Shown here piece after piece: positions 13,094 through 22,838 of a DNA stretch of 38,175 bases (its first letter is position 1; each line of letters starts with the position of its first letter). The notes beneath the pieces were generated by a model. The model searched no databases. It was given only the letters and a program-made list of their open reading frames with translations, and was not told the DNA's origin. Location of the stretch: IMG/VR virus record IMGVR_UViG_3300005573_000026, positions 1-38,175 of that record, one strand, 5' to 3'. Both the position numbers and the translations under genes were made by a program. Source of the DNA: a virus.

Positions 13094-14825
13094 ACGGATT
13101 GAAGAGTTAAAAAAGTTAAAGCAAAAATTATCTAATTGTCCGATTGTTGTTTTAGATTTTGAAACTTCTGATGGAAATTTTTTGACTGCAGATATATGCG
13201 GAGTAGGTATTGCTTTATCTTCCCAAGAATCTTATTATATTCCAACAACGGAAATTCCTGTCCAGGCAATTAAACAGGAATTGGGGCCAATTTTAAAACT
13301 AAAACGGCTTGCTGGTCATAATGTTATTTATGATCTTATAATCGGGAAAAGATTTGGTTTTGATTTAAATTATTATTATGATACAAAAATGATGTATCAT
13401 ATGCTTTTTCCTGATGAACGAGAAACTCGATTAAGGCATATTGTCAAGCGATACTTACCAGAGTATAAGTTAATTTTACTTGAAGATTTGATTGGCTCTG
13501 GTCGTAAGAAAATTTCTGTTGCTGATGTTCCTATTGAACAATTAGCAGAATATTCTTGCCGTGAAACTGCAGCTATTATGCGATGCGTAGAAATTCTTAA
13601 AAATGAATTACAAGCTCAACATATATGGCAGTCGTATATTCAATTGCATCAACCATTATTTTCAATTTTGGCCGATATGACTTTAATTGGAATTAAATTA
13701 GATTTATCTCGTTTAAAAAAATTAACTGAAGAATATAGACAAAAATTAGAGCAGGAAAAGCAAATAATTTTTAAGCTAGCCAAGAAAAAGTTTAATATTA
13801 ATTCTCCTAAACAGCTTATTCCAATTTTACAGGAGCGAGGCATTACAATCCGTAGACAAACAGAAAAAGGGCAATTTTCGGTTAATGAAGACTCATTAAA
13901 AGAGATTTATGCAGAAACTAAAGACGCTTTATGTAAGCATCTTTTAGAATATCGAAAAAGCATGAAAATACTTTCGACTTATCTTGAACCCTTTGCAATA
14001 CAAATTGATGATAACCATCGTTTGCACGGAAGCTTCCAATTAACTGTAACAGCTACAGGTCGGCTGGCTTCTGCTAATCCAAATTTGCAGAATATTCCAC
14101 CTGAGATTAGGGAAATCTTCATTGCCGATACGGGAAAAATGTTTATTATTGCTGACTACTCCCAAATTGAATTGCGAGTCCTGGCCTATTTAAGCAAAGA
14201 CAAAAATATGATAAAAGCATTCCTGAATGGTGAAGATATTCATGCCAAGACAGCTGCTATTTTTGGAAAAAAGTATGATAAAGCTACAGCTAGATTAAAG
14301 GCAAAGATTGTTAATTTCAGCCTAATCTATGGAGCTTCTGTAAAACGTATTGCAAAAGAATTAGAAGTAAGTGAAGATGAGGCTAAAACTTTTATGAATA
14401 ATTTTTATCGACTTTATCCTGCTACTAAAATTTATCAGCGCAATTTAATTTCTTTAGCAGCTAATGTTGGCTACGTTGCCACTATAGGAGGTTGGAGAAG
14501 GACTTTACCAGGTATTAAATCAAAAAATTTACGGGAAAAGAAAGTGGCCGAGCGAATGGCATTAAATACGCCAATCCAAGGCTCGGCCAGTGATATAATT
14601 AAAGCAGCTATGATTGATTTAGTTAAAGAATTAGCTAAAAATAAATTGTCTGGTAAACTTCTTCTTCAAGTGCATGATGAATTAGTTTTAGAAGTTCCAA
14701 AAGAAGAAGTTTACCAGACAAAAAAGATTGTTGAAAAGTCAATGCTAAGAAATGGATTTTTTCCAGCAATTGAATTTTTGCTAAAAGTTAATATAAATGT
14801 TAATAAGCGCTGGATTAAATCTTAA
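13050..14825 (+). CDS. Family A DNA polymerase with a 3'-5' exonuclease domain and no 5'-3' exonuclease domain
   Basis: The ATG at 13050 follows GAAGGAG. ExoI is VVLDFETSD. Motif A is DYSQIELRVLA, motif B is KAKIVNFSLIYG and motif C is QVHDELV. Confidence 0.9.
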   Translation: MIKMGITIPHVNTIKRIEELKKLKQKLSNCPIVVLDFETSDGNFLTADICGVGIALSSQESYYIPTTEIPVQAIKQELGPILKLKRLAGHNVIYDLIIGKRFGFDLNYYYDTKMMYHMLFPDERETRLRHIVKRYLPEYKLILLEDLIGSGRKKISVADVPIEQLAEYSCRETAAIMRCVEILKNELQAQHIWQSYIQLHQPLFSILADMTLIGIKLDLSRLKKLTEEYRQKLEQEKQIIFKLAKKKFNINSPKQLIPILQERGITIRRQTEKGQFSVNEDSLKEIYAETKDALCKHLLEYRKSMKILSTYLEPFAIQIDDNHRLHGSFQLTVTATGRLASANPNLQNIPPEIREIFIADTGKMFIIADYSQIELRVLAYLSKDKNMIKAFLNGEDIHAKTAAIFGKKYDKATARLKAKIVNFSLIYGASVKRIAKELEVSEDEAKTFMNNFYRLYPATKIYQRNLISLAANVGYVATIGGWRRTLPGIKSKNLREKKVAERMALNTPIQGSASDIIKAAMIDLVKELAKNKLSGKLLLQVHDELVLEVPKEEVYQTKKIVEKSMLRNGFFPAIEFLLKVNINVNKRWIKS

Positions 14826-15163
14826 CTTGCTCGCCTTCTCCCCGCTGCAGCTAATGCTTGAAATTTCTTCTTTCCGTATTTTTTCCTGCCAATCCAGGCT
14901 GCCAAAGCAGCTGGGTTTTTAACGCCTTTTCTTGCTAATTTAGCTTTTAATTGAGCGAAACGTTCGCCAGTTCCTAATTTAGGCTTTTTCCCTTCATCAT
15001 TTGAGCTTGAGTTTGATTTGGACTTATGCTTAGAGGACTCGCCAAAGATTTTCTCATATTTTCCGCTATTTTCCATTGCATGGTAGATCTGGATGGCTTT
15101 TTTTAGACCATATTGTTTTACAAGACTTTTCATTAATTTTCGTTGCTTTTTAGTGTAAGGCAT
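14822..15163 (-). CDS. Hypothetical basic protein (113 aa), last gene of the late operon
   Basis: The ATG at 15163 follows GGAGGA. The protein is K/R-rich (AALAAWIGRKKYGKKKFQALAAAGRRR). Confidence 0.6.
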   Translation of the reverse strand: MPYTKKQRKLMKSLVKQYGLKKAIQIYHAMENSGKYEKIFGESSKHKSKSNSSSNDEGKKPKLGTGERFAQLKAKLARKGVKNPAALAAWIGRKKYGKKKFQALAAAGRRRAS

Positions 15164-15175
15164 TTTGTCCTCCAA

Positions 15176-15340
15176 TTATTTGAAAATAAAGGATAAAATT
15201 ACCCCAAGCATTGTTGAAATAATAGCCCCTAGAATAACAATTAAAATTTTCCAAATATGTTTCAGATCATTTTCAATAATATGTTGTAATAGTTTCTCAA
15301 TAACAGCTAATCTTTCACAAATATCATTTCGATTCTCCAT
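15176..15340 (-). CDS. Small protein with a C-terminal transmembrane helix (lysis-associated candidate)
   Basis: The ATG at 15340 follows GGAGG. The C-terminus is IWKILIVILGAIISTMLGVILSFIF. Confidence 0.4.
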   Translation of the reverse strand: MENRNDICERLAVIEKLLQHIIENDLKHIWKILIVILGAIISTMLGVILSFIFK

Positions 15341-15512
15341 GGGAACCTCCGCTTCTTCTAAATGTTTCAAATCCTGTATAAGCAGATAGCAGACCAGCTG
15401 CCATGCCTATAATGGATTCGCTTATTCCAGGATAAAAATGCTTTAAAAATGCTAATAAACAAAATGTGAAAAATCCAATAAAAGTTAATAGAAATCGCTT
15501 GCTTTTAAACAT
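15324..15512 (-). CDS. Holin-like protein with two predicted transmembrane helices (62 aa)
   Basis: Two hydrophobic segments (FLLTFIGFFTFCLLAFL and IIGMAAGLLSAY) are followed by a charged C-terminus. The gene lies at the end of the late operon. Confidence 0.4.
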   Translation of the reverse strand: MFKSKRFLLTFIGFFTFCLLAFLKHFYPGISESIIGMAAGLLSAYTGFETFRRSGGSHGESK

Positions 15513-15513
15513 T

Positions 15514-18500
15514 TTATTGCTCCTTTTCTTGTTTTTGTAAATTCAAGACAAAGCCATCAATATCAAATTTTTTAAAGAATTCTTCTACTCTTTTAAGATA
15601 ATCTTCATCGTCTTTTATATCAAGTATATCTGTTCTTTGCCCTAATAAGGCTGGGATTAATGGCAATCCTTTCTTTAATCGCCTGATTACTTTTTCAGTC
15701 TCACCTACGCCAGGAATTCCAAATAATTTACAAAGAGCTGTGTAATCTTCGGGTTTTAAAACATCTAATGGATTTTTACCTGAGGTTAGTTTATGTATTA
15801 ATCTGATTAAATCTTGGAATATTTGCATACCCGCTGGCATAAATGTGCGATAAACCGTTGACCAACGAATAGCGCCACCAATAATAGGAATTTCTTCAGC
15901 CAGCTCCCGTAAAGCAGCACCAATAATTTCTGGTAATGGTTTTTCTTCCTCCAACGCTTGTTTTATAGCCTTTTCTGGTGCTGGAAAAGGTGAGCGGACT
16001 TTTAGTATATCTTCAAAAACAACATTAGCAGCAGCAGTAGAGGCAAGCAGCCAAAAGATTCTTCTAAATCTTTCTGCAGGAGTAAGGTTAGGCGAACCTT
16101 TGCCAAAGACTCGTTCACCAAGATAATTCCATTCATTAATACCAAAGGTCTGAAACATTGTTAACAAGAAACGCATAGAGTGCTCTCGTTGAATTATAGG
16201 CAAATCGTGGCGATGCCCAGAGGCTTGTGTATAAATAACAACATCATCTGCCCACTTAACAGCTTGTTCATGGCTCATTCTCAGAGCTTTAGTTGCTTTT
16301 TCATAAGCACCTAACCAGGTCATAGTTGCTGCTGCGTTATCTGCTGCTTTTAAAAGAAGAATTCCATGCTCACCAATTTTATCTAAAAATTGACGGATTG
16401 GAGAACCTTTTGGAGCTTCATAAAATTGATTAATAAAGATTTCAAAAACTCTTGGTTTAAGCACACGGGAATTTTTTCGTGCAAAATTGAGAGATTCAGT
16501 AGATAAAGCTTTTGTTATTCCTTTTAAAACCCAATATGGATTTAACTCAATTATGCTGTTTCGTAAAGCTGCAGGCTGAATTAAGAATGTTCTGAAGTTA
16601 TATGAAAGTAAAGATAGTGCAATATTTTTATTTACTCGTTGAATAAGCTTTATAAGACCTGGGAATTGATTTAAAAATGACGGAACATCATATTTTAAAA
16701 CATACTGTCTCCAGCTTAAAAGATAATTATAAAGCATAGGAGCTTTTTCTTTTAGCGAGATTGTTTTTAACTCTCCATTTTCTTTTATCTGATGCGGCTG
16801 AAGTAGAAGTTCTGTAGAAATAGAAAGCGGTGCTGAGGATATATAGGATATTGCTTTTTCCATATATTTTAAGTAAATATCGAAAGCATTAGGAACTAAT
16901 GGTCTTTCTGATGTTTTTCGTTCCTCGGCATAAGGAAAACTTGGCTCAGTTAAAATGGAATGAAGATAATTCGAATCATATTTAAAGAGCGCATCAAGGC
17001 TAATCTCAGGGTTTTCAGTAAAATTTCGCATGAAGGTAAAGTAATTTTTAATATACCCCATTTCATCTTTTCCATATAATTTTCTAACATTATTGATTTC
17101 GGGATAAATTTCATCAAATCCTTGGCGCATTTCATTATAAATTTTAAGTTCTATAGGAGAAAGCTCTTTAACTTCTAAACCCAATTTTTGCAGGAGCTCT
17201 GGTCCACCTTCCTGTTGAGCTATAGCATAAGCAAGAATTTTAGCTCCGCTATCTTTCCAATTATACCCTGCTTGTTTTAGTTCCTTTTTCCATTCTTTTA
17301 CTTTGTTGTAAATTTTTTCTAAATGTTGGTGCTCTATCCAAACTTTTTCTCTGGCTAAATCATATGAATACTCTTTTATTTCAGGGTAATAGGCTAAAAT
17401 GTAAATCGGGTTTTCAGAAGCAATACGAGCTGCAAGTGCAGTGCTTTCTTCACCTTTGGTTAATCTAAGTAATAAAGGAATTTTTAACTTTTTAGGCAAA
17501 TCTTCAATTTCTTCAATAGCTCGAATAAGTTTTTTTGGCAAACCAAAAGCATCGGGCTTATTTTCATAAGTTATAACAATATCATCATCATTATAATTGG
17601 CAATATCAGGAATATACTTTTCTTCTTTAAGCTTTATCGGATCAATAAATGATTCAATATTTTGACCAGATACTTTTGCTCCTTGAATTTTTTCTCTTGT
17701 GATAATTCCAATAGCATTGCTTTCAATAGGTGCAATAAGATGAACTTCTTTTGAGACTGGGTCATACCAGCCTTTTTTGCCCGCAGCTGCAGCTGCTAAT
17801 GCAGGATTAGCTGGAGGATTTTGGGGATTAATCTCTAATAGATTAGCCTTATCGATTTGAGCTTTATATAGATAATATGTTTTGCTTTGTTCTTTTTTTA
17901 ATCTACTCTTAACTGCTTTATTAAGTTTATCTTTATCTTTATACCGCCCTTCTAATTCTTTCTCAAGCTGAGCCTTAAGCTCTTCAATTGGCAGCATCAC
18001 TCTGTGAATTATTTCAGGTGTTTCTGAAGTCCAAAAGCCAAGCTTGGGTGCAGCTCCTTCTTTCAAGCCAATCTTTGAACCAATTTTTTCAATTAATCTG
18101 GCATTGTCGCCTTCAAAGCTTATTGCACCAAAGAAAGTTGGATTAAGCTCAGCTTTTTTGCTTTTATGCGGAGCAATTGGTGAAATTGCATAAAGGGTTA
18201 ATGGTCCTTCGCCAGTATTCCAATCTCTTGTTCGAGGAGGGCCCAGTTCCATTTCTGTTATTGCATTAGTGTATCCAGTTCCACCCAAATTTTCTGTTTG
18301 TGCAGCAAATAATTTCCATGCTGCTTGCTGTGTTTTGCCGATGCGCTGAAGCTTGGCTAAATCAGGTGTCATTGTGCTTATGTCGAAAATGGCTTTACCA
18401 TTATCAATATAAAAACCAAAAACTCGGCTAAAATCAGAAAGAATATCCATATTGCTATAAATATAATCTTTTATAACTTCTTTATTAATTTGTTCTACAG

Positions 18501-20220
18501 GAATCTCAAAAGTGCGGCCAGCCCAAGCAGAAGCAATATAAATCTCTCCCTCTTGTCCTTCAGGTGTTTTGGGTCGATATGGTGAAAGCTTTTCTGGAGT
18601 AATTTCACCAAAAACTATAGAATAAGTTCCACCCTGCTGTTTTTTATCAAGAATTTGCTTTGTTATTTCATCTGCAATTGTATCTATTTTTCGTCGTAAA
18701 TAATTTGGAACTGGAATTTCTCCAGCGGGTTTAAGCCAAGGAGAAGAGGGTGGTTCAACTTCTTTAGCATAACGGTTTACTTTTACAATATCTTCATGTA
18801 ATATACGTCTTTCAGGTTTTTCGGATGAGCGGGGAGAAGCAATACGCATAAACGCTTCAGAATCTACTAAATGGACCTCTTTAATTTTTTTCTTGTATAA
18901 CATTTCACCAGGTTCTGGAATTCTGGTTGGATAATACATAGTGCCATCGTCAGCAACAGCTACAACTTTAATCTTTCTTCCTGGGGCTTCAGTTAAAGCA
19001 TTGGCTATCTCTTGTCTTGCTTGTTCTGGTTCTTGTGCATAGTTAATTGTGCGTTTAAAAATAGGTGGTTGTTCTGCCATAAATTTTTCTTTTAGCTGCT
19101 TATCGCTCATTTTTTCTGGAGCTGGTTCAGGAATTGGCTGCTGTTCTAAATTCTCCAAAACACGCTCAGATGTTGGTAATATTTCGGTCGGAATATTGTT
19201 GGCTTTAGCTTCTTCATGTAATTGATTTAGCTCTTGTGTAAGCCTATGATAATCTTTAAAGCTGAGGCCTCGTCGGCTCATCCAAGCAATTAAGCCATAA
19301 TCTACAACTTTTTGCAGCAGAGGTCGATTATCCCAAGGTCGCTGACCAGTAGCAACATCATAAAGCGCAGCGCCTACCCCCATTCTTGTTAGCGTAGCTA
19401 AGAAGGGATACTTTGCACCAAATGTAATAAAATTAGCTGGTGCAGTCAGTGAGCCCAAAACTTGACCATGGATATACGATTTAATTTTGTTTTGAAAAAT
19501 TTCTTTGGCTGTTTCACCCTCCCAATTTACTAGAGCATTAGCTATAGCCAAGCTTTGGCCACTATCAATAATATGCCTAATAAAGGCTAAGGTTGGAGTT
19601 TTTGCGCCTATTTCAGCTCCAAAAATTTTTGTAGTAATGCTCTTGCTTATTGCATTTCCAATTTCTATTGGAGCTTTGACAAAGTGTATTCCTCCAGCCC
19701 CAACTAAACCACCTAAAAATCCTAAACCTTTAGCAACGCTTGCTAAAGAAGTTTGATATTCAGGAGCGTTATGTATTTCTTCTGCAGCTTCTTTTAACCC
19801 AGTAGCTTTCATAGCTAAACGGGGAAGCCCAAACATCATAGTATTGATGTATTCTTCTGCTGCGCTACCTATAGCAGGCAAAACTTGTTCACGAAAAGGG
19901 ATTTTAGGTGGGGGAGGGGAATAAGGAATCGTTGGTAAAAATTTTTCTAATATTTTTTGTTTTGTAGTTTGTGGGCCTATATATAATTGAGAAGAATCAG
20001 GAGATGTGTAAATTTTTTCAGGCTCTTTAATTGGCTGCTCTGGAACTTCAGGTTTTAATTGTCTAAATTTAGCATATTCCAAAATAAATTGGTCTGGATT
20101 CCATTGTGTCCAGTCAATTTTTTGTCTATCTAATAAAGAGACAAAATCCATTACAGGTGATTTATAAATAGTCTGCCATGGCAAAGGAAGTAATTGAGTA
20201 TAATCAAAGGGTTTGTTCAT
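15514..20220 (-). CDS. Giant internal virion / DNA-ejection protein candidate (1568 aa)
   Basis: Its size and its position after smaller internal-protein-like genes fit a T7 gp16-like role. Gly-rich hydrophobic segments lie near the N-terminus. No catalytic motif is recognised. Confidence 0.45.
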   Translation of the reverse strand: MNKPFDYTQLLPLPWQTIYKSPVMDFVSLLDRQKIDWTQWNPDQFILEYAKFRQLKPEVPEQPIKEPEKIYTSPDSSQLYIGPQTTKQKILEKFLPTIPYSPPPPKIPFREQVLPAIGSAAEEYINTMMFGLPRLAMKATGLKEAAEEIHNAPEYQTSLASVAKGLGFLGGLVGAGGIHFVKAPIEIGNAISKSITTKIFGAEIGAKTPTLAFIRHIIDSGQSLAIANALVNWEGETAKEIFQNKIKSYIHGQVLGSLTAPANFITFGAKYPFLATLTRMGVGAALYDVATGQRPWDNRPLLQKVVDYGLIAWMSRRGLSFKDYHRLTQELNQLHEEAKANNIPTEILPTSERVLENLEQQPIPEPAPEKMSDKQLKEKFMAEQPPIFKRTINYAQEPEQARQEIANALTEAPGRKIKVVAVADDGTMYYPTRIPEPGEMLYKKKIKEVHLVDSEAFMRIASPRSSEKPERRILHEDIVKVNRYAKEVEPPSSPWLKPAGEIPVPNYLRRKIDTIADEITKQILDKKQQGGTYSIVFGEITPEKLSPYRPKTPEGQEGEIYIASAWAGRTFEIPVEQINKEVIKDYIYSNMDILSDFSRVFGFYIDNGKAIFDISTMTPDLAKLQRIGKTQQAAWKLFAAQTENLGGTGYTNAITEMELGPPRTRDWNTGEGPLTLYAISPIAPHKSKKAELNPTFFGAISFEGDNARLIEKIGSKIGLKEGAAPKLGFWTSETPEIIHRVMLPIEELKAQLEKELEGRYKDKDKLNKAVKSRLKKEQSKTYYLYKAQIDKANLLEINPQNPPANPALAAAAAGKKGWYDPVSKEVHLIAPIESNAIGIITREKIQGAKVSGQNIESFIDPIKLKEEKYIPDIANYNDDDIVITYENKPDAFGLPKKLIRAIEEIEDLPKKLKIPLLLRLTKGEESTALAARIASENPIYILAYYPEIKEYSYDLAREKVWIEHQHLEKIYNKVKEWKKELKQAGYNWKDSGAKILAYAIAQQEGGPELLQKLGLEVKELSPIELKIYNEMRQGFDEIYPEINNVRKLYGKDEMGYIKNYFTFMRNFTENPEISLDALFKYDSNYLHSILTEPSFPYAEERKTSERPLVPNAFDIYLKYMEKAISYISSAPLSISTELLLQPHQIKENGELKTISLKEKAPMLYNYLLSWRQYVLKYDVPSFLNQFPGLIKLIQRVNKNIALSLLSYNFRTFLIQPAALRNSIIELNPYWVLKGITKALSTESLNFARKNSRVLKPRVFEIFINQFYEAPKGSPIRQFLDKIGEHGILLLKAADNAAATMTWLGAYEKATKALRMSHEQAVKWADDVVIYTQASGHRHDLPIIQREHSMRFLLTMFQTFGINEWNYLGERVFGKGSPNLTPAERFRRIFWLLASTAAANVVFEDILKVRSPFPAPEKAIKQALEEEKPLPEIIGAALRELAEEIPIIGGAIRWSTVYRTFMPAGMQIFQDLIRLIHKLTSGKNPLDVLKPEDYTALCKLFGIPGVGETEKVIRRLKKGLPLIPALLGQRTDILDIKDDEDYLKRVEEFFKKFDIDGFVLNLQKQEKEQ

Positions 20221-21299
20221 TTGAGTTCCTTCAAAGCATTAAATATAGCGGCAAGGCTTTCTTGCTCTTCTTTTGGTAGCGACTGAAAAACACTCTTTGC
20301 TTGAGGCGTTTGAAGAGGCAAAGTTGGAGCAATTGTTTGGGTGGAAGATGATTGACCAAGCAATGGATTTGGTAAAGGAGGGATGGAAGATAAATCTACA
20401 GAATAAAATTGCTTCGAAAATGCATTTAGAAAATGTAATAATTCATTATAGATTTGATTAGTTGTTTCTTGGAGTTTTTGTAATTCGCTTGCATAACCAG
20501 CAATCTCTTGTGTAAGGGCCGCTCTTTCTTTTTTTCCTACTTTTGGAAATTGGCTATATGCTCTTACGATTAATTCTTGTAAAGTTTCTGCTCTTTGCGT
20601 ATTTATGGTTAAAATTTTGCTTGCTGCAGTTAGAAATGCGTTCGTTGCTGACATACTTCCTTCTTGTAGTGCTCTTTCTTTAATTCCTTGCATATATTCT
20701 ATTTGTGCTTTTATCTCTTTCATTCTCCACGGATGCAATTCTTTTTCGTGCTGCATTTCTTGTGCTGTTCTCATTACATCTAATTGGTCTCGTTGCCGTT
20801 GTAGCTGTTGATTTATAGCATTAGAGTTCAATGTAAAAAGCTTTCCTGTGAAATATAAATAATCGTTATTCTTTCTTAAAAAATCAAGCTCTTCATTAGT
20901 TAACGGTTCTCCTGCTGAAAGTTTTTCATGTAGATTCCAGAATCGTATAACCTTATCTCGTTTTTCTGGAGGCAAATTCGGAAGATTGTTCATGTCTTCA
21001 TAAAATTGCCTATCATAATTGAAAAATTTTAGCATATCTGCTTCAGTCTCAAGTTTATATTGTTCTCGTAATTTGGCCATTTGATTTTGGTGCTCTAATG
21101 CAAGTCGTTCTCTATCGGCCTGACGTTGTAATAATGCTTGAAATTGAGCTAATTCTTTTTGTTTTTCTGCTTGCAAACCAAGATGTTTCTCAAATAGCCG
21201 TTCTTCTCGTTTAGCCTGAATTTGTTGTGCTAAGAGGTTTTGCATTAAATTGCTAAAATTTGCCAAGCCTTGGGCTATTACACTCCAATCCATTGGCAT
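20217..21299 (-). CDS. Coiled-coil, Q-rich internal virion protein candidate (360 aa)
   Basis: An AAGGAGG RBS is present. Heptad-like Q/E/L-rich sequence is seen. The assignment rests on synteny. Confidence 0.4.
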   Translation of the reverse strand: MPMDWSVIAQGLANFSNLMQNLLAQQIQAKREERLFEKHLGLQAEKQKELAQFQALLQRQADRERLALEHQNQMAKLREQYKLETEADMLKFFNYDRQFYEDMNNLPNLPPEKRDKVIRFWNLHEKLSAGEPLTNEELDFLRKNNDYLYFTGKLFTLNSNAINQQLQRQRDQLDVMRTAQEMQHEKELHPWRMKEIKAQIEYMQGIKERALQEGSMSATNAFLTAASKILTINTQRAETLQELIVRAYSQFPKVGKKERAALTQEIAGYASELQKLQETTNQIYNELLHFLNAFSKQFYSVDLSSIPPLPNPLLGQSSSTQTIAPTLPLQTPQAKSVFQSLPKEEQESLAAIFNALKELK

Positions 21300-21310
21300 G
21301 GTTAACCTCC

Positions 21311-22303
21311 TTAATAACCTTTAAGCCAAGCCTGCCAATATGGTTGATATGCGCTTTGCTGTGCTTCTTGCTCTTGTGCGTATAAATTCATAAGCAACTT
21401 CAAAGCATCCATTTCTTTTTCATATTCAAATCGCTCTCTTTCAAGGGCTAATCTATCCCCAGCAGCAGCTGCAGCCATGGCTCTTTGAGCTCGTTGTTCA
21501 GCTAATTGTTGAGCAAATTGTTCTAATTGAGCAGCAAAACTTCCAGCTTGTAATCCAAGCCCAATATTAGCCTGTCTCCATTGTTCAAATCGATTTGCAA
21601 TATCCCCAATAGTTTGTAATTTACTCATTTCAAATTGTCCTGAAGCTAATTGTTCTTGGAATCTTCTTCGAGCTTCCTCTATGGCTAAATTTGTAGCAGC
21701 TTCAGCAAACTGCTGCTGACCGCTTCGCATTATATCAGCTAAGATGCTTCCAGCTATTCCTGATTCAGCTGGAGTAAATCCACGCATTCCAAGTTGTTCT
21801 GTGGCTTGGCGCATCATGCCTTTGGTTTGCCCCATGATATTAGCTCGCAGTTGGTTTAGTTGTAAGGCTTTTTCTGCTTCGGTCATTCCTGTAGGAGCCT
21901 TAAGTCCTTGAATGCCCGTAATAACATCTTGCAAATATTTTGCGTAAGGAGATTCAGCAAACCAATTGGTATTAAGAAGTTGCTTTCTGAAAGCTTCTAA
22001 TTCAGGAGAATAAATTGTGCCTAATAAATTTCCAATATTCCCGTTGTTGCCTCCACTTTCAGAACTAGTTCGAATTTCAGTGGCTTGTGTATTATTTGTT
22101 GGAGGAGGAGAAACAGCTTTAACTGGTGAAGTAGTATTCTGGTTGGGCATAACAGCTTCCTGTATTTCTTCCTTTGGAATTCTAACCTGCGGATTATTTG
22201 AAGTTGCTACCGCTGCTTCATTCTGTAATCTATTATAGAGAGGGAGTTTTCTATTTAACTCTTCGTCGTCAATATAAGGCAGTTCGTAATTTTTATAGGC
22301 CAT
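21311..22303 (-). CDS. Internal virion protein candidate (330 aa)
   Basis: An AAGGAGG RBS is present. The C-terminal half is A/Q-rich and coiled-coil-like. Confidence 0.4.
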   Translation of the reverse strand: MAYKNYELPYIDDEELNRKLPLYNRLQNEAAVATSNNPQVRIPKEEIQEAVMPNQNTTSPVKAVSPPPTNNTQATEIRTSSESGGNNGNIGNLLGTIYSPELEAFRKQLLNTNWFAESPYAKYLQDVITGIQGLKAPTGMTEAEKALQLNQLRANIMGQTKGMMRQATEQLGMRGFTPAESGIAGSILADIMRSGQQQFAEAATNLAIEEARRRFQEQLASGQFEMSKLQTIGDIANRFEQWRQANIGLGLQAGSFAAQLEQFAQQLAEQRAQRAMAAAAAGDRLALERERFEYEKEMDALKLLMNLYAQEQEAQQSAYQPYWQAWLKGY

Positions 22304-22826
22304 AGCGACCTCCTTCTCTAAAGCGATTCATGAAATAATCTTCTAATGGTCTATTTTCTCTCAATAGAGGCGTTTGTGGCTGAGCTGGCTGCAGATAATA
22401 TTTTTGAGCAATTGGAGACTGAGTAAAAGGAAGATTAAATCCAAGAACCTGTCGATATTCTTCTGGGTTTATGCCCCAGCGTGTAAGAACATCTTGGCTA
22501 ATTCTATTTTCTAAGTTGCCTAATATAGCTTTTTGCAAAACATCACTAAGCCAGGGAAGAGCATTTGATTGGAAATAAGGTTGAGCTGGTTTTAAAGCAG
22601 AAATAGTTTCTTGGCGTAATTTTTCAGCATATTTACGCTCTTTTTCTTTTTCTTTACCTGAAGCCATTCCAGCCAATAAAGTAGAGAGTAAACTTGAACC
22701 ACCAAGAGCAATTTCTCCCCAAGGAAAATTTGAGCCAGAAGAACTCGTTTGTTTTTTGCCTCCAAGTAAACTAGATAGCAGACTTACGCCAGCAGGAAGT
22801 AAACTTGTTAATAAAGGTAAAGGCAT
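22293..22826 (-). CDS. Membrane-associated internal virion protein candidate (177 aa)
   Basis: An AGGAGG RBS is present. The N-terminal segments are hydrophobic and Ser/Gly-rich. Size and position resemble T7 gp14. Confidence 0.35.
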   Translation of the reverse strand: MPLPLLTSLLPAGVSLLSSLLGGKKQTSSSGSNFPWGEIALGGSSLLSTLLAGMASGKEKEKERKYAEKLRQETISALKPAQPYFQSNALPWLSDVLQKAILGNLENRISQDVLTRWGINPEEYRQVLGFNLPFTQSPIAQKYYLQPAQPQTPLLRENRPLEDYFMNRFREGGRYGL

Positions 22827-22838
22827 GGCGTCCTCCTA

